DNA of 61,677 bases, taken from positions 12,125,713 to 12,187,389 of the forward strand of contig NC_069004.1 of assembly GCF_001194135.2 (NCBI RefSeq). Reading direction: 5' to 3'. Each line of letters starts with the position of its first letter. Within the stretch, counting starts at the first letter, position 1. This stretch comes from Octopus bimaculoides. Lineage: Eukaryota. The translations under genes were made by a program, and so were the position numbers. The notes beneath the pieces were generated by a model that was not told the origin of the DNA, searched no databases, and saw nothing but the letters and a program-made list of their open reading frames with translations. This document shows, piece by piece, positions 25,450 through 38,460 of this stretch.

Positions 25450-26487
25450 TTCCTCTACTTCTCTTTGTTTTTCTCTCAGTAATTCATATTATAAAATAAA
25501 TAAATATGTAATTTTAATGTTGTTTTTTTACTTGGTTTTAATTATTTTCTCACTTGTTTTATCACCAGCTCGCATCATTTCCATTATTTCCATAGCAACA
25601 ATAATCACAACGATTACTGTCTTTAAACAAGCCACTATTTACTATTGGGACTTTTAATTAAAATATTTCCACCCAGCTCTGTTGTAGTGCATTAATTTAA
25701 GAACTACTTCAAGTTGTCGAGACATGTTAATTATAAATGATACAGTAATGAGATGGTTGTAGAATGTAATACAAGATTCTGTAGAAAAAATGGTTCTGGA
25801 AGTCTGCAGAATTATCATTTGAATTGCATAATAAACCATTTGAGGAATTTTTTTTTTTTTTTCTAGAATTGATTTTGTGAATATTGCAAAGAACTGAGCA
25901 TTTGGACATGTGTGTGTGTGTGTGTGTGTGTATATTTTTGATACTGTGTGTGTATGTATGTGTTTGTGTGTGTGTTTTATGTATGTAAGCATATATGTTT
26001 GATACTCTGTGTGTGTGTGTATTTCTATGTATATAAGCATGTATTTGGTACTGTCGGTGTGTGTGTGTGTATATATGTGTTTGTGTGTGTGTCTATGTAT
26101 GTAAGCATGTATGTTTTGTGTGTGTGTGTGTGTGTGAGTGAGCATGTGTTAGTGTGTCTTCCATTCGAAGCAAATCATTCTATAACCAATAATTTTCAAG
26201 TTTATTGATGAAGACAAATTACCATTCTATTTGTTTTGCCAACTGTTAAGTTCCACAAATCAATTTCTAAACTTTCCTGTCATACTTAACTCGCTTAACT
26301 CCAAGACCTTGTTAACATTATTTCTAAAGAACTCGACCATTTGGGAATTATATTTCCAACAGAAGACACTATTTATGTTTTAATTAACTTTGAAAATAAT
26401 TAAGAATTTAGTATAATTTAGTAAAATAACTATTTTTTTCTTTTTTTTTGGCATATTAGACTGGCGTTTTGAATATGGATATGCACT

Positions 26488-26797
26488 GGCACTCCGCTGG
26501 TTATAATGATGAGGGTTACAGTTGATCCAATCAACAGAACAGCCTGCTCGTGGAATTAACAAGCAAGTGGATGAGTATTCCTCAGACACATGTATTTTAA
26601 TGTAGTTCTCAGGGATATTCAATGTGACATGATTGGCCTTTTGAATTACAGGTACAACTCATTTTTGTCAACTGAGGGGACTGGAGCAGCATGAAATAAA
26701 TTGTCTTGCTCAAGGACGCAATGTGCTGTCAGGTATCAAACTCACAACTTTATGATTATGAGCCAAATGCCCTAACCACTTAGCCACAAGCCTTCAC
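26488..26797 (-). mobile_element. SINE with head2 + tail1
   Basis: Tail GGCACTCCG...GAACAGCCTGCTCGTG joined via TACAACTCATTTTTG to head2 core TGTCTTGCTCAAGGAC. Confidence 0.8.
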
Positions 26798-27475
26798 AGA
26801 ATATAGCTGACCATTTAAGTGTTCACTTAAGATTATAATGGAAGGTCTTAGTTTAAAATAGGAACCTTTTAAAACAAGGAGTTCTTTTATCATGGAACCA
26901 TAACTAATGGTCTCAAGTGGATTGATGCCATAAAACCAGAAGTGGTGGCCTCAGGTGGATTGGTATGCTAGAACTGGAGTTAGTGGTCTCTATACTTACA
27001 GCTATAGTGACCACTTCCAACACTAACTATTAGAACCACCATTAATACTAACTCTTGTAACACTGACATATCAATGGGAGCCTTTACACAGTCCCCTGAC
27101 CTGCTGGAAATAGCAACCAAATTTATCTCCAATCACACCTATTGCCTTAGAAGGAAAGTCATCTTGTTTGCACTGTGTCTGAGAAAAGGACTCAATGTTC
27201 ACAACTACTATGTCTTTGATCATAGACTTGTTCCATAAATGCCAACCTGGGTTAAACCAGATCAACAACAGCAATGTATTTCTTTCTAATATTAACAGAT
27301 CAGCAGGTGGAAAGTCAAACAATAACCGTTCGATGGGAGAAAATTTGCTTTGATTTCTCTATTGATCTCTGTATTGATCTGCATATTGATAGATTTTGTA
27401 ACATTTTGCAGATAATCATTTTGAAATTTCGGTATTGTACTGAAAACTAATATCAAAGTGTTTGGAAGGCTGTGT

Positions 27476-27935
<460 letters not shown>

Positions 27936-28439
27936 ATAGGATATTTAATAGTTTATGTCTATATATTTAGGTAAGTATTTGTTGTCTGTGATTTTGTCCT
28001 CGAAGAACCAGTCAGACAAACACTGTAAATCCTCCACAGAGTTCTACAAAAGCTAAACTGATGTAAATTATATTTCTTTATCACACAGTTAGCAGCCATA
28101 ATGAAGTAGGTTTTATTATGTTTACTGTAGAGATTGCAACACAGTTCTGTAAGATCTTCTGCAAAATAAACCAAAAATATACTTCCATCTTGTAGAAACG
28201 GTCAAAATCTCTGCAGACTTTGGCTTGTAAATGTTTAATGTTTGAAGAACTCGGATCCAAACAGCTGAATCCGTCATGTGGATAGTGTAAGATCTGGAAT
28301 GGTGTTATGCTGCAGCAGAAGAGACATAAACGAGGGCAGCTGCATCAAAGTCCATCTCTGCACCCCCTCATCTCACCCTCCTCCTTCTCACTCACACACA
28401 CCCAAACCTCAAGAATCTTAACATGGCTGCTTTGCCTGC

Positions 28440-28620
28440 TAAAAATGGCAGCCAATTCTCCTCAAAGTACCTGTCTCCCCTCACCACCACCACCCACCAT
28501 CTTAAAAGTAAGACACATTGGATAATGTTGTAGAAGACAGGCAGTGTCTCAATAAAAAACAGTATAGTCACAGCTGGAATACTTTTGGTCTTAGTCGACT
28601 AGGAGCTATACCACTATACA
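28440..28620 (+). repeat. Old dispersed repeat (family F: ...CAGCCAAAT...CACATTGGATAAT...GCTGGAAT...)
   Basis: Diverged homologues at about 11410-11585, 27080-27270, 57300-57490 and, reversed, 42490-42690. Confidence 0.55.
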
Positions 28621-29108
28621 GCTCCCCTATTCACCAAATATTGTGCTGTAGCATGGCCATAAGCCAGTGACTCAAACTGGTCTATTTTTTCATGTCCAGT
28701 TTTTATTGGCCTAACTTCTTTCTCATGGCACCGTGGTTGCTTAGAAAATAATAGCTTTGGATTTAGGAATGATTAAGATTGAATAATGACTGATGAACCC
28801 CTTCTAATAACTAGGCTGTTTGTGAGCCACATATCTATTCCATCAGAGTTCCACCAGAGCCAATGTCATCATGGCACTTTTGTCATGATATTTATGGTGT
28901 GTTTTAATTAATTTTGAAAATAAAGAATATGGAGAATTTCAGTACCATAACTTTGCCATTATAAAGATAACATTGGGAACATAACAAATGATTCCTTCAC
29001 AAAATTATGGAAAATTTTAATTTTGATTTTGAATACTTTTGAAAGAAATAGTTTTGAATGAAAGAGCCAAAGTGGTATCAGGGTAGGCAGGGTGTCTGTG
29101 GCTTAGAG

Positions 29109-29364
29109 CAGGGGTTTTCAAACTTTTTGACTTGTGGACCTCTTTATATTTCAGGCTTTACCTTATGAAATTTATACATAAATATTTGCTTAAAATAACA
29201 TATATTTTTACATTTATTTATTTAACAGTATTTAGCAAATAGGTTTATTGTCAATTATACACACAGGATTTTTTTTAATACATACTTAGTGAGAAGGATG
29301 TGCTTACTTGGCTATGCACGGACCCCATGTCTTGTGATTGCGGACAACAGTTTGAAAGACCCTG
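29109..29364. mobile_element. hAT-type (Charlie-like) MITE, 256 bp
   Basis: TIR CAGGGGTTTTCAAACT / AGTTTGAAAGACCCTG (14 of 16 match); 8-bp TSD GCTTAGAG at 29101-29108 and 29365-29372. Confidence 0.9.
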
Positions 29365-29867
29365 GCTTAGAGGATGTAACCAGAGAAGAGATAGTATGTC
29401 TGTGGGTCAGAGGGTGGCGCATTTTCTGAATGATTCAATGTCAATTAGTCAGGTGGTCATTGTCTAGTCTAAGATGTGTGTGTAGACCTCATTAAACTGC
29501 TGTCCAGATATGACTGCCATATCAGACTCCAGCATTATTGAAATGTGTCTGAATCCAGTCACTGGAATAATAGCTTGATGAGAGCGTAGGTGTTAAGAGA
29601 TGGTGGTCACAGACGTAATGGAAAGCATTTGAGGATTGGTTTCTTTGAATTTAATGAATACTAGTGGTGGTGGTGGGGATGGTGAGGAGGAACTTTCCAG
29701 CTAATTAATAATAACAGAAAATTTAATTGACCATTTGGTATATTACAGCTGTTCGAAAAATAAGTTTCCTCATAGACATAAAGAATTCAATATAGTGTTA
29801 GCAGATGAGTGGGCTATGTTGAAGAATTTTGTCTGGTCATCTTGTTTAAAAGTACATTCTTTCTTTT

Positions 29868-30165
29868 GTGAAGGTGCATGGCTCAGCGGTTAGAGCATCG
29901 GGCTCACAATCACGAGGTAGTGAGTTCGATTCTCAGACCAGGCTGTGTGTTGTGTTCTTGAGCAAGACACTTTATTTCACGTTGCTCCAATTCAAGTTGT
30001 GTTGGTCTTTGCCTTTCCCTTGGATAACATCAGTGGTATGGAGAGAAGAGGTTGGTGTTATGCATGGGTGCCTTACCCAGACTTGTGCCTCGGAGGGAAA
30101 CTTTCTAGGTGCAATCACATGGTCATTCATGACTAAAGGGGGGGGGGTCTTCACCCTTTTGTTTT
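29868..30165 (+). mobile_element. head2 SINE with a further tail type (...GGAAACTTTCTAGGTGCAATC...GGGGTCTTCACCCTTT)
   Basis: GTGAAGGTGCATGGCTCAGCGGTTAGAGC head, GAGTTCGATTC B-box, TTGTGTTCTTGAGCAAGACAC core. Confidence 0.85.
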
Positions 30166-30519
30166 ACACTCCTTCCCTTAACCCTTTTATCATATTCCTG
30201 TTCAAATACTGTCTTCATTTCAATTAATTTCTAAAATAATGAAGAATTTAGCAAAATTACAACTTGGTTATTATTAAGCTTATTATTAAGCTATATAAAT
30301 TAACATGAGATTTTAATGGAAGGTTTTCATTTAGATCACTTGAAAATAGTGAAATATGTATCCTAGAACTACAGGTAGTCTCAAGCAGGTTGGTATCAAA
30401 TGGATTAAAAGCAATTGGAGGAAGGAAACGAGGAGGATGAGGACAATATTGTTTTCTATTTTAATCGATTAGACCTTGAAGAGTGGACAATGTCCATGGT
30501 ATTTTGTAGAGTCTTCTAT

Positions 30520-31022
30520 AGGTGCAAGTGTGGCTATGTGGTAAGACGATTGCTCCCCAACCACATGTTTCTGGGTTCAATCCCACTGTGTGAAACCTTG
30601 GGCTAGTGTCCTTTACTATAGAAGTGGGCTGACCAAAGCCTTGTGAGTGAGTTTGGTGGATGGAAACTGAAAGAAGCTTGTGTGTGTGTGTCTGTGTCCC
30701 ACCACTACTTGACAACTGGTGTTGGTGTGTTTACATCCCTATAACTTAGTGGTTCAGCAAAAGAGGCTGGTAGAATAAGTAACAAGCTTAACAAAAAAAT
30801 AAGTACTGGGGTTAGTAAGTTTGACTAAAATCCTTCAAGGTGGTGCCCCAGCATGACCACAGTNNNNNNNNNNTATAACTTAGTGGTTCAGCAAAAGAGG
30901 CTGGTAGAATAAGTAACAAGCTTCACAAAAAAATAAGTACTGGGGTCAGTAAGTTTGACTAAAATCCTTCAAGGTGGTGCCCCAGCATGACCACAGTCTA
31001 CTGACTGAAACAAGTAAAAGAT
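30520..31022 (+). mobile_element. SINE family C; 3' part duplicated across a 10-N gap
   Basis: 30740-30863 repeated at 30874-30993. Confidence 0.8.
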
Positions 31023-31817
31023 AAACAATAATAGTAGCATTAATGTGGTTGATATTGTGTCCATCTGTCGGTCAGTATCTGAGAGCAAAATGGTGGTGGT
31101 GGTGGTGGTGGTGGTGATGCTAATGGAAATAACTCGGTGGAGTTACTGTGTTTAGTGTGACGGAACCAGTCGGTGCCTACCTGCCTACCTACCAACTTCC
31201 AGACAGTACACAGGTGTGTTTTGTGTGTGTGTTAAAAGATAAATCCAGGCGAGTTAATTAATAAATACATAAATTGATGAAAGATCAATTGCCAGTTGTG
31301 ATGTTCACTGTTAACGTTCCAAGGATTATATATGTTAGAACTAATTATCTTTGTTTTAACTTAATGAAATTAAAGCTACATCGTCACCACCACCGCCACC
31401 ATCATCATTACTGTAATCATCATCATCGGATAAATATGGTAAGAAACCAAAAATATCCATGTAAATGTTTCTGAATGTGGCATATCTGCGTGTGTGTGTG
31501 TGTGTGTGTGTGTGGTTGTTTGTTTGTATGCGGTGGGGGTGTCTTTTAATCACTTCTCCTTTCTCCAGACTTTCTCCTCTATCAGTCGATATGCGAGATC
31601 AAACTTATCGAGAGTTCCACTAATACAGGATCAGCGGTATCACCCAATCTTGTGTTCCAGTTTTCACAGGCATTTCCAGTAACACCTGATATCTCAGGTG
31701 AACGAGATTTCAGTTAAGCCGGTGGATTTCTAACAGTTTAATTGGGGGATTAAGTTATCTTTGGGGAGTATTTAAATTAAGCGATTCATTAACACCCACA
31801 TGCACTACAAAGTCTGT

Positions 31818-31853
<36 letters not shown>

Positions 31854-32728
31854 ACACACACACATTATGTATTATGTGTCCTTGTATATGTGTGTGTGTG
31901 TGGAATATATCTATAATGTGTAGGTGTATGCATAAACGTTAAAAACTGTCTCTCACTTTCTTTTGTAACTTCTTTAAAAATAAAGGTATTTCTCAGTCAG
32001 AGTCAAAAGGGGAGTAGGGTGTTTCCCTTGATCTTCTAGGGGCCACCCCCGCCCTTGGTTTTGTGGTGTTGATATGATAGATGCTGTCTGAAATTTCTAT
32101 AGGTCAGTAGAGTAAAATAGGAATCAAAGGGCTCCATAAGCAAAAAAAATGGTTGAGTACCACTGGACTAAACCCTTGAAGGTGGTGCTCCAGCATGGCG
32201 ACAGTCCAAAGACTGAAACAAGTAAAGGATAAAAAAATTTTTTTTTNNNNNNNNNNNNNNNNNNNNNNNNNNNNNNNNNNNNNNNNNNNNNNNNNNNNNN
32301 NNNNNNNNNNNNNNNNNNNNNNNNNNNNNNNNNNNNNNNNNNNNNNNNNNNNNNNNNNNNNNNNNNNNNNNNNNNNNNNNNNNNNNNNNNNNNNNNNNNN
32401 NNNNNNNNNNNNNNNNNNNNNNNNNNNNNNNNNNNNNNNNNNNNNNNNNNNNNNNNNNNNNNNNNNNNNNNNNNNNNNNNNNNNNNNNNNNNNNNNNNNN
32501 NNNNNNNNNNNNNNNNNNNNNNNNNNNNNNNNNNNNNNNNNNNNNNNNNNNNNNNNNNNNNNNNNNNNNNNNNNNNNNNNNNNNNNNNNNNNNNNNNNNN
32601 NNNNNNNNNNNNNNNNNNNNNNNNNNNNNNNNNNNNNNNNNNNNNNNNNNNNNNNNNNNNNNNNNNNNNNNNNNNNNNNNNNNNNNNNNNNNNNNNNNNN
32701 NNNNNNNNNNNNNNNNNATATGTATATA

Positions 32729-32905
32729 CAGGGTACGGTGAATAAACAGTTGTCTAAATTACACAAAAATGAAAATTTTACCAAAATTACATAAAAATAT
32801 CTTGATATACTAAAGAGTAAATTTATTCAATAAAATTGTCATTGACTTCAACCATGGCCTCCAGACGACTTCGGAATCTCTTGAGGAACTGTATGAAATA
32901 TTTTG
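32729..32905 (-). mobile_element. 3' end of a second Tc1/mariner element
   Basis: TA|CAGGGT terminus; minus strand reads KRFRSRLEAMVEVNDNFIE*, a typical mariner C-terminus. Confidence 0.7.
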
Positions 32906-32945
32906 AGTATTGTAGGAGTATAACCAATTTTATGGTACATAAATG

Positions 32946-33040
32946 TTAAAGGGTGAAGACCCACTTCAGTGCCTTGGCTGGGAACTTTCTAGGTGTAACC
33001 CCATAGTCATTCATTACTGAAGTGGGTCTTCACCCTTTAA
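32946..33040. repeat. 95-bp hairpin with perfect 25-bp inverted repeat
   Basis: TTAAAGGGTGAAGACCCACTTCAGT (32946-32970) is the reverse complement of 33016-33040. Confidence 0.95.
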
Positions 33041-34041
33041 GCTGTGTTCAAAGGATTTGGTGAGATATAGTATACTTTGCTTGGAAAGAAGCATGTGTTG
33101 GCAACAGGAAGAGCATTTAGCTGTAGAAAACATTTGTCTCAAAGAGTTCCGTTCAACCACTGCAAGTATGGAAGGAAATGGGGACATTAAAAGAATGATG
33201 AGTTACAAAGCCAAATAAAAGTTGTCACTGGTCAAGTTAATTCAGTGACAAAATGCTGGACAATGGCTTTTTAATCTGTGTGTCACCGCAACAGTCATTT
33301 TATCATTTCCATAGTGGCGTCATGCTTTTCTTGCAAGTGGCTCAGTTCATGAGGCTGTAAATAGGCAGAACTATGAACCTTCATTTCAAATTGTGCAAAC
33401 AGTTGTAACATATCTTAGCAATGATTATTTTAGAATCTTACAGCATTGCACTAAACATTTCTAGATATAATTTAGTAGGTGTTGGGCCTGGAGGGAAGCA
33501 CAAGGTTAAGACTGACTACAAAAACTAGTTCCCATGTGACAATACAAAGGTAGATTATATTACTAAATAGCTTCATTCAGAAATGGAAAATTAGCCATAT
33601 TTTTCTAATGGGTTTTTCTGAATTTTGTTGTTTTCTTTTCGTTTCTTTTGTTTTGTTTTCTGCTTTGCTCATAAACTATTATTTTTAATATCCATATCTT
33701 TCAGTGGAGTGCATTTCTGCGCACTTACTGCATAAATGTTGGTTTGCATGTGAAATATGAAATATTCTTGAAACGTGGTAAGAATTTGGCTTCCCAACCA
33801 CATTGTTTCAGGTTCAGTCCCACTGTGTGGTACCTTGACAAGTATTTTCTACTATAGCCTTAGGCCAACCAAAGCCTTGTGAGTGGATTTGGTTGATGGA
33901 AACTGAAAGAAGCCCATTGTACATAGGTATATATATGTGTGTGTGTGTGTGTGTATATATANNNNNNNNNNNNNNNNNNNNNNNNNNNNNNNNNNNNNNN
34001 NNNNNNNNNNNNNNNNNNNNNNNNNNNNNNNNNNNNNNNNN

Positions 34042-34074
<33 letters not shown>

Positions 34075-34280
34075 ATCTGCGTGTGTGTGTATTAATATTT
34101 AGCAGAAGCAACAGAGTGACTCAAGGTCCAAGAGTTTTGTGCATTAGCACTAAACAAATGTACGAAACTCTTGAACCTTGAGTCCCTCTATTGCTTCTGC
34201 TAAATATTTATAAAAATATACATATCCTCATGTTTTGAGTTCTATTTTTCCCTGTTTGCATCACCATACCGAAATACATA

Positions 34281-34685
34281 GGCGCAGGAGTGGTTGTGTG
34301 GTAAGTAGCTTGCTTACCAACCACATGGTTCCGGGTTCATTCCCACTGCATGGCACCTTGGGCAAGTGTCTTCTACCATAGCCTCGGGCTGACCAAAGCC
34401 TTGTGAGTGGATTTGGTAAACGGAAACTGAAAGAAGCCTGTCATATATATGTATATATATGTATGTATGTGTGTGTATATGTTTGTGTGTCTGTGTTTGT
34501 CCCCCCAACATCACTTGACAACCGATGCTGGTGTGTTTACATCCCCGTAAGCTATCAGTTCAGCAAAAGAGACTGATAAAATAAGTACTAGGCTTACAAA
34601 GAATAAGTCCTGGGGTCGATTTGCTCGACTAAAGGCGGTGCTCCAGCATGGCTGCAGTCAAATGACTGAAACAAGTAAAAGAGAG
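34281..34685 (+). mobile_element. SINE family C, intact
   Basis: Full head to GACTGAAACAAGTAAAAGAGAG tail. Confidence 0.92.
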
Positions 34686-34933
34686 AGGTGGCACATAAAA
34701 TACACCGTTTTGAGGGTGGCCATTGCCAGTACCACCTGACTGGCCTTCGTGCCGGTGGCATGTAAAAGCACCCACTACACTCTCGGAGTGGTTGGCGTTA
34801 GGAAGGGCATCCAGCTGTAGAAACTCTGCCAGATCAGATTGGAGCCTGGTGTAGCAATTTGGTTTGCCAGTCCTCAGTCAAATCGTCCAGCCCATGCTAG
34901 CATGGAAAGCGGACGTTAAACGATGATGATGAT
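34686..34933 (+). mobile_element. RTE-LINE-type 3' end fragment
   Basis: GTAAAAGCACCCACTACACTCTCGGAGTGG...GCGGACGTTAAACGATGATGAT. Confidence 0.88.
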
Positions 34934-35334
34934 ATACATATATATAGTTGGATAAAATTTTGGTTAAAACCTCTGTAGTATTCTATGCAAAGCTTATCCA
35001 TGCGCACACACATCTATATTTGTTTATTCATTCACACACTCAAATATCTACACCCATCTATATATATATATACACACTCCCACTTAACACACTCTTTTGT
35101 CAGAATGTATAACTGACATTCACTTGTCCCTAATCTATTAATGGAAACATATTTAGAATCTATTTTCTTTACCATTGATTAATTCTTCCACTCTTGCACT
35201 TTTCAGAGAATCATTGTTTTGGGGATTTTTTTCTTCCTCGCAACAAATCAGATTCTAGAAAGAGCTTCAACTGAAATGCGTCTGTCATGTTTGATATCAT
35301 TTCTGTGACGACAATGTTGATTATTGCTTTTGCT

Positions 35335-35490
35335 ATCATTATCATCATGTTTTATTATTGTTATTATCATCATTAGTATTACCATTATAAACATTATGTC
35401 TATTGTTATTGTTATTATAGTTATCATCATCATCATCATCATTATTATTATTACCATCATTATTGTTATCATCATCATTATAATTATAAT
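35335..35490. repeat. (TAT/CAT)n trinucleotide low-complexity tract
   Basis: Direct reading. Confidence 0.9.
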
Positions 35491-35652
35491 AAATAAACCA
35501 AACCAAAAAACACACAAATATTTCCCATCTGAAAGGAGGGCATCCAAATATCAATCAGCATTTTTGTGCCATTTTATTTATTTCTGATATTTTTTAAAAA
35601 TATATTTCATGTTTTTGTTCTTGTTCCTTTTATCATTATTGGTGAATGGAAA

Positions 35653-35690
<38 letters not shown>

Positions 35691-36003
35691 TCGTGCATGT
35701 GTGCTTGTGTGTCCATGCATGTATGTATGCATGTGTGTGTGTGTTTCCCATACGTTCATCACAGTCTAATCTTCTGTGCATCTCTATCAATATGGAATTA
35801 CACTTCACATATTAATTTTAAAAAATGCTTCTTCCACAAATACATTTGCTAAGCTCTTGCACATATACACATATGCCTGTATGCATGCACACACACACAC
35901 ACATACACGCACGCACACATAATTACACACATGCACACACATGCCTGCATCTGCGTGCGCATGCACACACCTGCATGCATACAGACACATACAAGCACAC
36001 ATG

Positions 36004-36034
<31 letters not shown>

Positions 36035-36990
36035 GCATGCATACAGACACACACGCATACATGCACGTATGCATACAAATATATTGACGAAGGTTCTACA
36101 CACACACAACACACCCATGCACCCCTCCCCCAGCATATAGATATACAAACTTACATAAACTCACACATGCAGATATACACGCATACTTGGATTCATACAG
36201 ACATACAATAATCGCATGTTTCAAAGAAAGACAAACAGACAGACAGACAATCATTGTCAGATACACATTCTGAGAAATTGTACTGTTTGGCAATTGACAA
36301 TTCCTCTACATTAAGACCATAAAGAAGTTTGGCAGTAAGACTTTAATCTCTAATTCTTTGACTCAAAAGTTAGTTGTGTAAGCTTGGTATTTTGGAAGTT
36401 CTGGCAGGAGGTAAATAGAGTTCTGTGCGAAAGCGAGGTTGTGTGAGGAGTGCTTGGTGGGTCTGGATGGGAGGCAAGGACTGGCGAATAATAACAGCCA
36501 GGGCATATGTTTATGAAGGACGACTGATGATATTAAAGTTTAATACCATCAATCATCTGTCATAAATATGTTTACTTATTGAATTGAATTGTGCGAAAGT
36601 GAAGTTACAGTTACATCACACTCACACACAAAGATTTTCGCTAAATGTCTGTTGTCAAAATCAGGCTGGGTTTAGTGTTGTTTTTCCCAGATTTATTGAT
36701 TAAATACTTTATCAACTTTCCAATCAATCAGTTATTGTTGTTATTGGCAAACTGGCACTCTGTTAGCTGCTATGATGAGTGTTCCAGTTGATTTGATCAA
36801 TGGAAGAGTCTACTTGTGTAGTGAACATGCAAGTAGCAGGGAGATTCAGCATGACACAGAATGGGACAAGGCTGGCCTTTTGAAATTAAGGCACAACTCA
36901 TTCTTGCCAGTTGATAAGCCTAGAATATGAGATTAGCAGGTCTTCAATACAAAAGATGTTGAAATTAGCAACTGAAGCATATATATATAT

Positions 36991-37218
36991 CATTTTCATT
37001 TTCATTTTCATTTTATCTAGTTTCAGCTCATGAGCTGTGGCCATGCTGGGGCACCGCCATTTTGTGTTGCTACACAATTTTACTTCAGGAATTGACATTT
37101 GGTGCATGAGAGAGTTTGATGCAGCTGCTCTCATCTGCGCCTCCTGCCGTGAAGTTGGTTCATCTGGGACACCTGACAGGAAGAGGTCCAGCCTTGTCTT
37201 GAAGACACCTACATCCAT
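36991..37218 (-). mobile_element. 3' end of a CR1/L2-group-like LINE with (AAAATG)n tail
   Basis: Minus strand VGVFKTRLDLFLSGVPDEPTSRQEAQMRAAASNSLMHQ, then GGCGGTGCCCCAGCATGGCCACAGC tail. Confidence 0.75.
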
Positions 37219-37418
37219 ATTTATATATATATATATTTTTTTTTTTTTTATGCGTCCTTTTAAAGCCTAGCCAGGCTCATGGGCCTGGTTTCCCAGTTTC
37301 TATGGCGTATGTGTCTTTTGGGACACCCTGTATATTCCAAGGTGATCTCTTTCATTCTGTTTTCTCTTAGAATCTTGTTGATAATTCTTAACATAAGAGC
37401 CACAAAGCACACCTTTTG

Positions 37419-37450
<32 letters not shown>

Positions 37451-38200
37451 GGTGGTATTGTTAAATGTTTTCCAGGTCACTTAACAATTTTCTAAGAAAT
37501 TAGTTGTTTTTTTCTTTTTCCTGGTTTATTGAGTCTAAAGAAATTGGTGAATGTTTATTGAAAATTAGTTGGATCATTGGAAGCATGTCATACAAAAGAA
37601 TCTGAAGAAAACCTCACAACTTGTTTAACAAGTGATATAAGAAGAGGGGCAAGAAATGGATAAGTATAAGTTTTTTCTTTCTTTTTTTTTCGATAATGTG
37701 AAAGAAAAAGAAAAAACATGGAAGCTAAATTGCCGCAAGAAATATGAAATTGTTTTCTGAAATCTTAAAAGAAGATTTTGTGTAAGAATTAGAAATCTAG
37801 TGGAGAAAATGATCAGCGAAAGACTGATTCTATATCCAGCAGGTTTATTGATAATATTGTGTTGCCTGTAGGAATAATTGAAGAATATAAAAGAAAATAA
37901 GCTCCGAAACTGACTGTGCAGAAGAATATTTTGGTAAAATTATAAAATAGAAGAGAGGGGAAGGAAATGGGTGAATAAGAGGAATGTTGTCTGAGGTGGA
38001 AAAGTGATTTTTTATCAAGAAATTCTTTATACGGATTTGTAAATTGGTAAAAATAATTGAAGCCAAGCCATTATTTCAATTGGTAACTTGATTCTGTCAT
38101 GTGACTTGCTTCCATTGGTCCACCTAATCAAGAAACAATCTCAGATTTTTTTTGAATTCAACTCCAATGGATATTTAAAGTTTAGAATTATGGAAGGAGA

Positions 38201-38460
38201 AAAAAAATTAAATGCGCCCTTTTAAAGCCTAGCCAAGCTCATGGGCCTGCTTTCCCGGTTTCAATGGCGTATGTGTTCCCCAGCTGGACGGGATACCAGT
38301 CCACTGCAGCGTTACTCATTTTTGCCAGCTGAGTGGACTGGAGCAATGTGAAATGAAGTGTTTTGCTCAAGAACACAATGCATCGCCCGGTCCAGGAATC
38401 GAAACCACAATCTTACGATCATGGTGCTGACACCCTAACCACTAAGCCACGCGCCTCCAC
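38201..38460 (-). mobile_element. SINE head2 + tail2 with 12-bp TSD
   Basis: TSD TATGGAAGGAGA at 38189-38200 and 38461-38472. Confidence 0.92.

Noticed and set aside
28430-28460. YY1-like AAAATGGCAGCC suggesting a promoter
   Set aside because: It lies in the old dispersed repeat family F seen several times in the window.
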